A stretch of 64,000 bases of DNA. It comes from Octopus vulgaris (taxonomy: Eukaryota). The stretch is taken from contig OX597833.1 of the NCBI GenBank assembly GCA_951406725.2, forward strand, positions 61,194,001 through 61,258,000, written 5' to 3'. Below are positions 24,271 through 37,876 of the stretch, piece after piece. The translations under genes and the position numbers were made by a program. The notes beneath the pieces are model-generated. The model saw only the letters and a list, made by a program, of their open reading frames with translations, did no database searches and was not told the origin of the DNA. How positions within the stretch are numbered: the stretch's first letter is position 1; each line of letters starts with the position of its first letter.

Positions 24271-25781
24271 TGTATGAATAGATATATGTTGATACGTCTG
24301 TCATATACTGCTGCCGTCTCTATCAGCTGAGGACTTTGAACCTTGTCCAAATGTCCAACTCACTTTTCTTAAAAGTTAATCTTTCTCCTCCAACGACGCA
24401 CCCCTCCTCACCTATCTCTCTCCGGCTTCACTTTATCAGTTTTTCTAAACAAATCGCTAACAACCAAGGGGGAAACTTCCACTCTACGTGTTTGCTTAAC
24501 CTACAACAAATTGCTCTGATCAAGCTGACCTAGAATCAAAGGTGTTCCAGTCATGACTATCCCCGCCTTTCATCCAGACATTGTATATCTTCGAAGAAGA
24601 ATGTCACCAATGGGACAAAACCTGAGGGGAGTCCGGCGGCCTATGAGGTCTTAAAAGAGCAGCGGGGCGCCCTAAAATCACATGGTGATGGACCATTGAC
24701 AAGGAGAGAAGAGTTGAAAAGCTGGAATGAGACCAGAACAGTGACAGAAAACAAGGGCCGGTTGGAGAGATCGTGTTGCGGTCTTATGTACCTCGTAACA
24801 CAGAAAGAACTAATATATAGGACTACGCGCCCTCCTTGAGTCATTACACCAGTCATCGTTTAACTACTGATAAACTTTGATTGAATGAATAGCTCTATAT
24901 TTGAAGCTATTCGAGCAATGACCATCTTCTCAATAGTTTTCTTTCTTTTTTTATTTTCTTTTGCAGACAGTATATCTAGGACAACATTATCTAAGTTGTG
25001 CTCTCTTTAATATTGTGGTTGAGGGTGGGTGGTAGCTGCTATTTCTAGCAGGTTTAGCAACAACGTAGAGTAGATTTTTTTCCTTAAATTTATTTTTATT
25101 TCGGCATGAAACGCATTAAGGATTTTGGAAAAATTGCAGAATTCATACTTATAATTTACAAACTGCCCCCCCAGCACACTAATTTAAATAAATCAAAATT
25201 TGTTTTGGAGCGAAAATTTATTTATTCACACACATACACTCCATAATCAATTGTCCGACTAACGATATGATTAAATATTTTATTTTCACTCTCACTCAGA
25301 CTTTGACTACTTTATTTTTAATGGTCAGGCATAGCTTCTTTTTTGAACTTGTCATCCCTAGGAATATATACGTGTGTGCGCGACCGTGTGTATATATATA
25401 ACTCCAAGAAAGTTAGGGTTTGTGAATCCAACCCACTAAGGGATATCTATCCAACATACTGCTGGTAGAATACCCAATTATTAATACACAAGTGTTTTTT
25501 TTTTATTGCATTGCAATTATATTACCTAGTGTACTAAATGGGTGAAGGTGAAGAGATATTTTACCATTAATTTATATAGCAATAAGAAAATGGAGGAGAT
25601 CAATAGGTGGTTCATCAACTTTTAGACATTATATTATGTTAACTTATTTATTTATTTACTAAACTGATAATTACAATAATATACATACATATAACATATT
25701 ATTCTTTACATGTAAGATATAAGATATAGTAATTTATAAGGATACCAGTAATTATTATAAAAAACATGAATATAAATTGGG

Positions 25782-25815
<34 letters not shown>

Positions 25816-27939
25816 TATTTTGAAAATATGATAGATTTTGTATCATGAAATTTTTATTAAATGTTACTAAAATATTTTACAGAATAGCAGAGTATTGTAG
25901 TTCGCTTGAAGCATTGTGGATTGTTTGTAAAAAAATAATGTCTTGATTGGCACAACAATAATAACTGTTATAATTTGTTTTTCGTGCAACCACTTTCAAA
26001 GAACGTTGACGTGTTACAAAACCCACTCCTTCGACACACGCAACACACTGTATCTGCTTGTGGTTTGGTCTCACTCCACTCCTCATTTCTAAAATATTTT
26101 ATATTTCTATAACATTTTCTCTATGAATTTCCTAATATCTTTCGCTTCCTTCATATTCCAACGTATTTCTTAACATTTATTTTTTTTATTTGTTAACTAC
26201 AATTGTTGGCTGACACCTCTCGCTTACAATATTTGATATTCCCCCACCACTTTGAAAGCCATTTTTAAGACCCCTTTTCCATCAAACTGTGAGCATTAAA
26301 AAAAATATTAGTCATGTGGGAAAGGCAGTGTCCTTGATCCCTCTGCAGGCCTCAGAGACTGGCATAAGATAGATAGATAGATAGAGAGAGAATGTTATCC
26401 TCAACCAGGCATGAGAAACCTTTTCCAAGAAGCGAGTCACTTGAGACTTGGTTAATCATCAGGTGGACTACACTTCAAGGTACCATATTTTCCTGCTTAC
26501 AAGTCGAATTTTTCAGAACAAAGTTTACAGCCATCGACTTATACACCAAGCGTGGGAGGCCCAAAATTTCCATGCGAAATGCTACAGAATTTAGCACTTC
26601 GAGTTTTCTTTGGATTCCAGATCTTATCTAATCAGTCAAACCTATGCTCAAAGCCATGCCAGCCATGGCTATCCTGTCTATGACATTATCCAATGTTTTC
26701 ATGTCTTATTTTTGTTTTAAGACAGTAAGATGTATTTAAAAGTATACTGGCTGCTATTTCTAGTTGTCCTAGTGACCATATAGGGACGCCCTCATTGGTT
26801 TCAAAATGATAGTTTTTGTTTATATGAGTATAGTTGGTAAAATGGTTAAAATGGTTCCAGCAGGAACAGAGAGACCAAATCTGGTACTGAAATGGATTAT
26901 TGGTCTGACATTGCAATACTGGAATCGAATATTAGCTTACCATTCCAGTGTCTTCAGAGTTCTACCAATCTTGGGACTCCATTATTTCATGCTTTTTATC
27001 AACCACATCCTCTTCCCTCCAAAGCCATGACCTTGAGCCTCTGTCAAAGCTTCTTGTTCTTCTTGTTATTAATGTTATTATTATTAGTGTTTTATCAGGA
27101 TATTCCCCTACATTTCACCAACCTTGATTACCGCCACCCTCTTCCTCTCTCTCAACCATTCACGTCCTCAATAAATCAGTTCTATTTCATCTTATCTTAT
27201 CAAGGAATAATAATAATAATAACAACTCTTTCTACTTTAGGCACAAGGCTGGCAATTTCAGGAGAGGCTTCTAGTCGATTACATCATCCCTTCCACCCCA
27301 CCCCACCAAGGGATGGAAGACAAAGTTGACCTTGGCAAAATTTGAACTTAACATCATCATTTAATGTCCGCTTTCCATGCTAGCATGGGTTGGATGATTT
27401 GACTGAGGTCTGGCAAACCAGACTCCAATCTGATCTGACAGAGAATGTAATGGGTGCTTTTACGTGCCACCGGCACGAGGGCCAGTTTAGTGGTACTGGC
27501 AATGGCCACGCTCATATGATGCTTTTTATGTGCCACCTGCACAGGAGCCAGTCCAGTGGCACTGGCAACGACCTTGCTCGAATGTTTTTTTTTTCACGTG
27601 CCGCCAGCACAAGTGCTAGTAAGGCGACGCAGGTAACGATCATGCTCGAATGGTGTGTTTGTGCCATCGGCACAAAGGCCTGCTTGTTGCTCTGGCAACA
27701 ATCTCACTCCTGTGGTAGTCTTAGCGCTCCACTAGCAACGGATGCCAGTCACCAAAGTTGATTTTGATTTCATTTGCTTCAACTGGTCTTTGCAAGCAGA
27801 GTTTAGTGTCCAATGAATGAAAGGCACTCATAAGTGGACTGGTTACACCCCTAGCATAGGCCACAAGGTTATGGTCACACTTGTGCTTGCCGACAGAATA
27901 TAAAGACAGAAGAATACTACTGTTTTGTCCAGCATGGTA

Positions 27940-28850
27940 ATGATTCTGCCAGCTCACAGCCTTCATAATAATAATAATAATAATAATCCAAGGCACAAGG
28001 TCTGAAATTTTGGGAGAAGGGCAAGTCAATTACGTTGACCCCCCCGTGTTCAACTGATACTTATTTCATTGACCCTGAAAGGATGACAGGCAAAATCAAC
28101 CTCAGTGCAATTTGAACCCAGAATATCAAGACTAACGAAATGCCACTAAGCATTTTGCCCAGTGTGCTAATGCTTCTGTCAGTTTGCTGCTTTAATAATA
28201 ATAATAATAATGATGATGATAATAATGGTTTCAAATTTTGGCACAAGGCCAGCATGTTTGGGGGTGGGGTTGATTACATGAATGCCAGTGCTTAACTGGT
28301 ATTTATTTTAGAGGTGGCAAGCTGGCAGAAACGTTAGCACGCCGGGCGAAATGCTTACTGGTATTTTGTCTGCTGTTATGTTCTGAGTTCAAATTCCACC
28401 GAAGTCGACTTCGCCTTTCATCCTTTTGGGGTCGATAAATTAAGTACCAGTCACACACTGGGGGCGATGTAATCGACTTAATCTGTTTGTCTGTCCTTGT
28501 TTGTCCCTTCTGTGTTTAGCCCCTTGTGGGTAGTAAAGAAATAGGAATTTCGTCTGTTGTTACGTTCTGAGTTCAAATACCCTGAGGCCGACTTCGCCTT
28601 TCATCCTTTCGGGGTCGATAAATTAAGTACCAGTCACACACTGGGGACGATGTAATTGACTTAATCTGTTTGTCCCTTCTGTGTTTAGCCCCTTGTGGGT
28701 AGTAAAGAAATAGGTATTTATTTTATCAGTCTTAAAAGGATGAAACACAAAGTTAACCTCAGCAGAATTTTGAACCCAGTGGCATTTTGTCCATGTGTAT
28801 GTTCTAAGCATTTTACCAAAGCATGTTAATGATTCTGCCAGCTTGCTGCC
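27940..28850. mobile_element. Cluster of family B SINEs in both orientations
   Basis: Minus copies at about 27985-28190 and 28715-28850, plus copy 28311-28715 with a duplicated 3' body; separated by (AAT)n. Confidence 0.8.
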
Positions 28851-29092
28851 TTAATAATAATGATAATTATTGTTTTTGATTTAGGCACAAGGCTAGCAAT
28901 TTCAGAGGTGGGGTGGATTTAATTGATAGTATCAGCCACAGTATAAGACTGGTACTTCATTGACCTAGGAAGTGATAAAAGGCAAAGGAAAGTATATTAT
29001 GGTACTTTAATATAATGAATTATTATAAAAAAAACCCTGAAATATTATAAAACAAAATTCAGGAATAATATATCATCACTTGCACAGTGTAG

Positions 29093-29496
29093 GTGTAGGA
29101 GTGGCTGTGTGGTATGTAGCTTGCTTATGAACCACATGGTTCCGGGTTCAGTCCCACTGCATGGCACCTTGGACAAGTGTCTTCTACTTTAGCCTCGGGC
29201 CGACCAAAGCCTTGTGAGTGGATTTGGTAGACGGAAACTGAAAGAAGCCCATCGTATATATGTGTGTATATATATATGTGTGTGTGTGTATATGTTTGTG
29301 AGTCTATGTTTGTCCCCCCCAACATTGTTTGACAACCGATGCTGGTGTGTTTATGTCCCCGTAACTTAGCGGTTCAGCAAAAGAGACCGATAGAATAAGT
29401 ACTAGGCTTACAAAGAATAAGTCGTGGGGGTCGATTTGCTCGACTAAAGGCGGTGCTCCAGCATGGCCACAGTCACATGACTGAAACAAGTAAAAG
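29093..29496 (+). mobile_element. SINE family A, full-length copy
   Basis: Same head, body and tail as 19783-20188. Confidence 0.88.
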
Positions 29497-30423
29497 CGTG
29501 TGCAGGGGGATCAGGCATATACTGGGAACGATTGTATTGGCAACTCCACTTTCCCCTAAAATTTTTGGCTTTGTACCAAAATTTGAACCCATTAGTGGTA
29601 AGAAGCTCTCAAGAGAACTGAACAACAGGTCTTCAGAGAAGAAACCTTTCTTAGGCAAGTGTTTCAGTTCTTCTTCCACACCAAAAGGGCTGGGCCACAT
29701 CCAGGTCAAGACTCTTGAGTGTCCTTCTGGTGACACCTTTTAGCCTCTTGGATATTGGAAATTTATGCATTTGAACTGCTTGGATATTTCTACTAATAAT
29801 TCCTCTCCATTGGCTCAGCTTCCGAACTTATCCTTAAAGAAGATATAACATCAGTTGCCATGGTGATCTAGCAGAAACTTTTGGCATACTGGACATAGTG
29901 CTTAGCAACATGTCTTCTAACTCATTACATTCTGAGTTCAAAACCACCACTATCTCTGTCAAAAAAGGAGCCTTCCCCTAGTTCTTCAAAGTGCTGGAAA
30001 TAGCCACCATATCAAACCATACAGTCATAAAAAATGAACATTTTGGTTAATGTACTCCAAGATACATTTTGTCTGAAACATAAAATTACATGGATAGTCA
30101 TGACTGGGACACTTTTGAGCACAAATCTGCTGGATTAGGACAGACCCAGGGCTAAACAGCAACAGCAAATGGCTTTCACTGCTTTAGTTCTGTGGTCTCC
30201 CTCATAATTAACAATACAGAACTCTGTCTCTGCCACATATATTTCTGTATTTTTGTCCCCAGTAATTAACACTAAGTGTAATTATAATTAATATAAAGAC
30301 TAAAAGTGTTAATTGCCCAACTGCAGACAATTAGTTCAATGAACAGAATAAATATTTTAATTTCATTTATTATCTCTCATCTTAGATAAGAAATAGGTCA
30401 ATTTTAGAGTCTGAAGAACCAAT

Positions 30424-30755
30424 TCTCTCTCCCATGCTCTCTCTCCCTTGCTCTCTCTCTTCCATGCTCTCTCTCCCATCTCTCTCTCCCTCTCTCTTCC
30501 ATGCTCTCTCTCCCTTCTCTCTCTCCCTCTCTCTTCCATGCTCTCTCTCCCTCTCTCTTCCATGCTCTCTCTCCCATTCTCTCTCTTCCATGCTCTCTCT
30601 CCCTCTCTCTTCCATGCTCTCTCTCCCTCTCTCTTCCATGCTCTCTCTCTCTCTCCCCTTGCTCTCTCTCCCATTCTCTCTCTTCTTCTCTTTTCCATGC
30701 TCTCTCTCTCTCTCCCCCATGCTCTCTCCCTTGCTCTCTCCCCCATGCTATCTCT
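30424..30755. repeat. Pyrimidine-rich 24-bp tandem repeat (CTCTCTCTCCCTCTCTCTTCCATG)n
   Basis: CATG recurs with period 24 (30537, 30561). Confidence 0.9.
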
Positions 30756-30882
30756 CACACACTCACACATACCTATATACCCCCCCCCCTTATTTCAATC
30801 CCACAATGTCCAGGCCCCTTTGTCCCCCTCTTCTCTCTCTCTGCTTGTCTCTTTCCTCTAAAATTCTTTTCTCTTCCCACAG

Positions 30883-30970
30883 GATCCACCGACATCTTGA
30901 TTCCCTATTCAGTACCTCAAGTGGATTCACAAACTACAGAGGATTATTAAATCTTTGTATTTTACTCCTT
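30883..30970 (+). CDS. DGAT1: DGAT1 exon 2
   Basis: CACAG|...|GTAAGT, 88 nt; IHRHLDSLFSTSSGFTNYRGLLNLCILLL matches DGAT1 H...DSLFSS.SGF.NYRG.LN. Confidence 0.95.
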
Positions 30971-31104
30971 GTAAGTATCTTTTCTCAACCACATGGCCAT
31001 GGCTGTAAGGTCAAGAACCTTGCTTCCTGACCATGTTTTGCGTTCAATCTCTTTATGTTCTTCCTAACGTCAAACACTTTACATTGAGTGCTGCTTTCTG
31101 TGTT

Positions 31105-32420
31105 GCCAGCATGGATGCTTTTTCATGTGGCACTAACATGTGGCTTTTAATGTGACATTATTTGCAGGCACCTTTTATGTGATGCCAGCATGGGCACTTT
31201 ACATGTGGCACCAAGACGGGAGCTTTACACATGGTGCCAGCATGGGCGTTTGACATGTGGCACCAGCATATGCATTTGACATGTGGCACCAGCATACGCA
31301 TTTGACATGTGGCACCAGCATGTGCATTTGACATGTGGTGTCAGCATGTGCATTTGACATGTGGCGTCAGCATGTGCATTTGACATGTGGCGTCAGCATA
31401 TGCATTTGACATGTGGCACCAGCATATGCATTTGACATGTGGCACCAGCATGTGCATTTGACATGTGGCGTCAGCATGTGCATTTGACATGTGGCGTCAG
31501 CATGTGCATTTGACATGTGGCGTCAGCATGTGCATTTGACATGTGGCGTCAGCATGTGCATTTGACATGTGGCGTCAGCATGTGCATTTGACATGTTGGC
31601 GTCAGCATGTGCATTTGACATGTGGCGTCAGCATGTGCATTTGACATGTGGCGTCAGCATGTGCATTTGACATGTGGCGCCAGCATGTGCATTTGACATG
31701 TGGCATCAGCATGTGCATTTGACATGTGGCATCAGCATGTGCATTTGACATGTGGCATCAGCATGTGCATTTGACATGTGGCGTCAGCATGTGCACTTGA
31801 CATGTGTCGTCAGCATGTGCATTTGACATGTGGCGTCAGCATGTGCATTTGACATGTGGCGTCAGCATGTGCATTTGACATGTGTCGTCAGCATGTGCAT
31901 TTGACATGTGGCGTCAGCATGTGCATTTGACATGTGGCGTCAGCATGTGCATTTGTCATGTGGCGTTAGCATGTGCATTTGACATGTGGCGCCAGCATGT
32001 GCATTTGACATGTGGCACCAGCACGGGTGCTTTACACATGGCGCCAGCACGGGTGCTTTACATGTGGAACTAGCACGGGCGCTTTACATATGGCACCAGC
32101 ATGGGTGCTTTACACGTAGTGACAGCTCTGGCACTTTACATGTGGCATCGGCATAGGCGCTTTACACATGGCGCCAGCATGGGCGCTTTACAAGTGGCAC
32201 TGGCACGGGTGCATTTCGTGTGGTGCCGGCCACAGGCGCATTTTGTGTGGTGCTGGCATGAGCACTTTTCATGTGGCGCCAGGACAGGCGCCTCTCTACG
32301 TGGCACCAGCATGGGCGCCTCTTTACGTGATTCTTGCACGGGCACCTCTCCATGTGGTGCCGGTGGGGGCGCCTTTTACGTGACATCATTGCAGGTGTCT
32401 TTTATGTGATACCCGCATGG
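31105..32420. repeat. 26-bp minisatellite (CATGTGCATTTGACATGTGGCGTCAG)n
   Basis: Period 26 read directly; homogeneous core at about 31250-32010, diverged flanks. Confidence 0.95.
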
Positions 32421-32854
32421 CTGCTTTATACGTGACCAGTTCCTTGAAAAAAAAACTCGCTCTAAATCTTAAATTTTTCCATTCCTCATGGCGACTAAAC
32501 TTCTCGACACTTAAAAACTCTTGGATTGCGTAACTTGAGTCACCATCACTAGCTTTCTGAGCAGAGTTATACTGGGATTTGTTGTCTTATACCCCTTTTT
32601 CCAGTATACACTTGTACAACCTTTGCCACCACACCTCCACAATGCAGACAACCCTTACACATAACATCATGCAGCTTCCCACCATTTTCCAGACATTGTC
32701 ACACAATATGTCTGACTGTATTTAAGTCAGCTGGAAACCTAACACCATGGCAACAGAGTTCAAGTAGTGACTACCAAAATCCACTTTCCCTCTGTTTTTA
32801 TCAGCAGCACAAGAGAACCTCAGATGCAAGCAGACATTACAATCAACAAAAGCC

Positions 32855-33450
32855 ACATACATACATGCACACACATGTGTGCACTTGTGCAAACACGTGT
32901 GTGTACATGTGCAAACATGTGCACACGTGCAAACACATGTGTGTACATGTGCAAATGCTGTGCACATGTATAGCACACGTGCATGCATGTGCAACACATG
33001 TATGCACACATGCAACGCATGTGCACACATGCAAACATTTGTGTGCACACATGCAAACACATGTATGCATATGTGCACACATGTGTAAACACATGTGCAC
33101 ACACATGCAAGCACATGCACAATGCAAATGGAAACATACACATGCACACGAGCAAAAACATGCACACTCATGTGTGCAAACATGTGTATATATGTACATA
33201 CACAACTCTGTATACACATACACATGTACATACACAAGCTTGCATGCACATGTACGTACACAAGCCTGCAAGCACATGTACGTACACAAGAACAGGCAAG
33301 TGCACACACACAATGTACAATGTACAGACAAGTATATGTTCATATACACAAGCCTATGCATGCACATACGAATGTATGCACACACAGACACATTCATGCA
33401 TGCACACACGCAAGCAAGCACAAAGCTACCCACTCACACATACACACAAA
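32855..33450. repeat. Alternating purine-pyrimidine low-complexity tract (CA-rich)
   Basis: Seen directly. Confidence 0.9.
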
Positions 33451-33974
33451 AGACCAAGATTGTATGAGTCGGGTACATTACCACCTCATCGACGTTCACA
33501 CAAGACATAGTAGAAAAAACAAAGGAATCCACTAACGACCAAGCAAATTAGCAGCAGCAATGATGTACAAACAAAGCATTAGATCCCTTGTGGACCCTTT
33601 TAGTGCAACATGAGCCCCCACCAAGAACACAAGACAGGATAAGATTCTTCTCAAGTCATATAAACTCATGGGGCCGGTTTCCATGCTACATGTGTTCCCT
33701 CACTGGACAGGACACTGGTCTATCACAGGATTATTCATTTTTGCCAGCTGAATGAACTGGAGCAACATAAAAGGAAGTGTTTTGCCCAAGGGCATAATGC
33801 ATCACCCAGTCCAGGATTTGAAACCACAATATTAGGATCATGTGCCTTCTAGCAGTGGAATGAGGCAGTTGGGAGCAACCGTTTCGATGCTGATAATTTA
33901 GCATGGCTGACTGTTTTGGTATCGGTGCTTCTGGGTGATGGAAGCAAACATTTGTGCATACACATGGAAATATA

Positions 33975-34159
33975 TACATAGAGAGAGAACAAAGGCGAGA
34001 GAGAGAGAACGAAGGAGAGAGAGAAAGAAAGAAAGGAGAGCGAGAGAGAGAGAAAGAAAGAAAGGCGAGAGAGAGAGAGAAAGAAAGAAAGGCGAGAGAG
34101 AGAGAAAGAAAGAAAGGAGAGAGAGAGAAAGGAGAGAGAGAGAGAGAGAAAGAAAGAAG

Positions 34160-34190
<31 letters not shown>
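33975..34190. repeat. (GA/GAAA)n purine tract
   Basis: Seen directly. Confidence 0.9.
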
Positions 34191-34191
<1 letters not shown>

Positions 34192-34539
34192 CATTAAATT
34201 TATTAATTAAATTTAATTGACAGAAATACTTATCTTCTCATTTACATAAAGAAATATGTTCACACACATAAACATAAACACATTATCTTTTAATGTTCAT
34301 TTTCTATGCTGGCATGGGTTAGATGGTTTGACAGGAACTGGAGGGCAAATACCCGGGTTCCAATTTTCTGTTTCTCATATGCTTCAAGAGAAATATGCTG
34401 ATGTCCACACAGTGAAAGAGATGTTGCAGTTTATTTAATCAAACACAAGTGACATAAACTCTTTCTCTTCTAATACACATAAATATGTTTATGTGGAAGA
34501 GGTAGACCCAGTAAAACATGAGATGAGGTGGTGAAGCAT

Positions 34540-35170
34540 GATCTTTGAATGTTGGACCTCACAGAGGCAATGGCAAGTGACTTAGACCCTTGGCGATATG
34601 CTGTGCTTGAGAAGATCCATCAAGCCAGTGAAATCGTAGTCATGGCTGATGTCAGTGTTATGTAACTGGTACCCATGCCAGTGGCATGTAAAAAGCACCC
34701 TTTGAATGTTGGTCCTCATAGAGGCAGTGACAAGTGACAGAGACCTTTGATGATACACTGTGTTTTGAGAAGACCTTTCAAGCCAAATGAAATTGTAGTC
34801 CTGGCTGATGCCAGTGTGTGTAACTGGTGCCCATGCTGGTGGCACGTAAGAAGGACCCTTCAAACTTTGGGTCTCATGGAAGCAGTGACAAGTGACCAGG
34901 ACCTTTGGCAATATACTGTGCTTGAGAAGACAGGTCAAGCCAAGTGAGATTGTAGTTGTGGCCGATGTCAGTGTTACATGGCTGGCACCCATGCTGGTGG
35001 CATTTAAAAAGCATCCACTACACTCTTGGAGTGGTTGGTTTTAGGAAGGGCATCCTGCCATAGGAACCATGCCAAATCAGATTGAAACCTGGTGCAGCTC
35101 TCTAGCTTACCAGTTTTCAGTCAAACTGTTCCAGCATGGAAAACAGATGTTAAATGATGATGATAATGAT
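34540..35170 (+). mobile_element. Family C element with about 160-bp internal tandem units
   Basis: Three diverged units (CAAGTGAC...GACCTTTGGC...GTGGCATGTAAAAAGCACCC) followed by the family C 3' end and (GAT)n tail. Confidence 0.75.
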
Positions 35171-35515
35171 GTTTACTGACATGAACTGAGGGAGAGAGAA
35201 GAAGCAAAAGGCAAGAATGAGAGAAACAAAATGCCAAATAAGTCAATGTTGAATTCATTGTGTGAAATAGGCAGTGTCAAAACGGCAGCACTAAAAAAGT
35301 TGCCAAAACATCTCATGCCCCTCTAGTAGAGAGAAGGCATTCTTTTGTAAGCACAAGGGTTAGGACTCTGGTCTAAGGATGACTTCAACCCTTCGTCTAA
35401 CTGGTCAAAGGGTCGATGATGCTGGTTTTCCTCCTCTATTGGTAAAATAGTTTTAAAGAAAAAGACTTTTGCTACAGTTAAATGGTCACAACTCATTTCC
35501 TTTTTTCTGTTTTAG

Positions 35516-35556
35516 GTAATTTCTAACACGCGGCTGGTTTTAGAAAATTTAATAAA
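35516..35556 (+). CDS. DGAT1: DGAT1 exon 3
   Basis: TTTTAG|...|GTGAGT, 41 nt; VISNTRLVLENLIK. Confidence 0.95.
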
Positions 35557-36185
35557 GTGAGTAAATATCATTTTCTATTTTTTAAAAAAATAGAAAAAAT
35601 TTTTTTCTGCTTCATTTACAACAATGGTATGCTAGGTGATGACACAGAAACTGCTAGATATGGCAGTTAAATCTCCCCCCCACATCTTGCAAAAGATGGG
35701 ATGCTTTGGACAGTGTTATCTTAGATGATCATGGCTGAAATGTCTTTCACAATAAAGCTTCTAAATCGGAGCTGACCTAGGCTCAAACAACAAAAGTGCA
35801 TTATGAGCCAACAAAGGTTTAGGCAACCTTTTTCAAGAAGTAGGTCACATGAGACATGACCTACCATCAAACTGAATACACTGCTAAAAATATTTCAGTG
35901 CAATTTTTCTTTTAGTGTTTTGTGTTCTGGGTTGAAACCCTGCAAAAAGCCAACTTCGCCCTTCATCCTTTCAAGGTTGATAAAATAAAGTCTCAGTCAA
36001 ATACTGGGGTTGTTATAATCAACTAACTCCCTCTCACAAATTTCAGGCTTTGTGCCTATAATAGAAACAATATTGTTATCCTAACTTCTGTTTTATGTAT
36101 GCCATTCTCTGCTCCATCCTGCATCTTAGAGAAACTAAAATTATTATCATTGTCACTATCATCATTATCATCATTAATATTTCAG

Positions 36186-36271
36186 ATATGGGATTTTAAT
36201 CGACCCTGTAGCCTCATTTCAAATGTTCCTGCTTAATCCATATAATTGGCCCAATGTTGTACTCCTTGCTT
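36186..36271 (+). CDS. DGAT1: DGAT1 exon 4
   Basis: TTTCAG|...|GTAAGT, 86 nt; YGILIDPVASFQMFLLNPYNWPNVVLLA. Confidence 0.95.
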
Positions 36272-36314
36272 GTAAGTCCTTCTCTTTATTATTATTATTA
36301 ATATTATTATCATA

Positions 36315-37876
36315 GGGCAGTAAGCCAGCAGAATCATTAGCGTGCCGGGCAAAAGGCTTAGCGTCATTTTGTCCATCTTTACATTTTGAGATCAAATTCA
36401 ACTGGGGTTGACTTTGCCTTTCATCATTTAGGGGTTGATAAATTAAGTACCAGTTACGCACTGGGGTCGATGTAATCGACTATCCCCCACCCACAAATTC
36501 CAGGCCTTGTTCCTATAGTAGAAAGGATTATTATTATCGTTATTAAGGCAACGAGCTGGCAGAAACATTAGCATGCCGGGCAAAATGCTTATCGGTATTT
36601 CGTCTGTCTTTACGTTCTGAGTTCAATTTCTGCCGAGGTCAACTTTGCCTTTTATCCTTTTGGGGGTTGATAAATTAAGTACCATTTGTGTACTGGGATC
36701 GATCTAATTGACTGGCCCCCTCCCCCAAAATATCAGGCCTTGTGCCTATAGCAGAAAGGATTATTATTATTAAGGCGTCAAGCTGGTAGAATTGTTAGCA
36801 TGCAGGTCAAAAATGCTTAGCAGTATTTTATCCATCTTTATGTTCTGAGTTCAAATTCAGCCAAAGCTGACTTAACCTTTCATTCATTTGGGATTGATAA
36901 AATAAGTACCAGTGAGACACTGGGGTCAATGTAATCAACTTATCCCCTCCCTCGAAATTGCTGGTCTTGTGCAAAATTTTAAACCATTATTATTAAAGTG
37001 GCAAGCTGGCGGAATCGTTAGCACACCGGACAAAATGCTTATTAGTGTTTCGTCTTTATGTTCTGAGTTCAAATTCTGCCAAGGTTGACTTTGCTTTTCA
37101 TCCTTTCAGGGACGATAAATTAAGTACCAGTTGTGTACTGAGATCGATCTAATTGACTTGCCCCTCCCCCCAAATTTCAGGCCTTGTGCCTATAGTAGAA
37201 AGGATTATTATTAAGATGGCAAGCTGACAAAATTGTTAGTATGCTGGACAAAAGTTCTTAACAGCATTTAGTTCATCTTTGTTCTGAATCCAAATTCCAC
37301 CAAGGTTGACTTTGCCTTTCAGCTCGATAAAATAAGTACCAGTTAAGCACTGGGGTCAATGTGTTCAACTTGTCCCCTTCCACAGATTTCAGGCCCTGTG
37401 TCTATAAGTAGAAAGGATTATTATTATTTTGATAATACAATTGTCATTTATATTATCATTCTGTGTGTGGTGGCAGCGAGCTGGCAGAAACGTTAGCACA
37501 CCGGGCGAAATGCGTAGCCGTATTTTGTCTGCCGTTATGTTCTGGGTTCAAATTCCGCCGAGGTCGACTTTACCTTTCATCCTTTCGGGGTCGATAAATT
37601 AAGTACCAGTGAAACACTGGGGTTAATGTAATTGACTGTCTGTCCTTGTTTGTCCTCTCTGTGTTTAGCCCCTTGTGGGTAGTAAAGAAATAGGTATTTT
37701 GTCTGCTGTTATGTTCTGGGTTCGAATTCCGCTGAGGTCGACTTTGCCTTTCATCCTTTCGGGGTCGATAAATTAAGTACCAGTGAAACACTGGGGTCGA
37801 TGTAATCGACTTAATCCGTTTGTCTGTCCTTGTTCGCCCCCTCTGTGTTTAGCCCCTTGTGGGTAGTAAAGAAATA
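36315..37876 (+). mobile_element. Head-to-tail run of six family B SINEs
   Basis: Copies start near 36316, 36546, 36772, 36997, 37215 and 37470, mostly after a (TTA)n tract; the last has a duplicated body. Confidence 0.87.

Noticed and set aside
23452-24304. Long overlapping ORFs rich in C/V/M/H/T (also 7979-8485, 30363-30950, 32722-33535, 33898-34220)
   Set aside because: Translations of dinucleotide or low-complexity repeats that lack stop codons.
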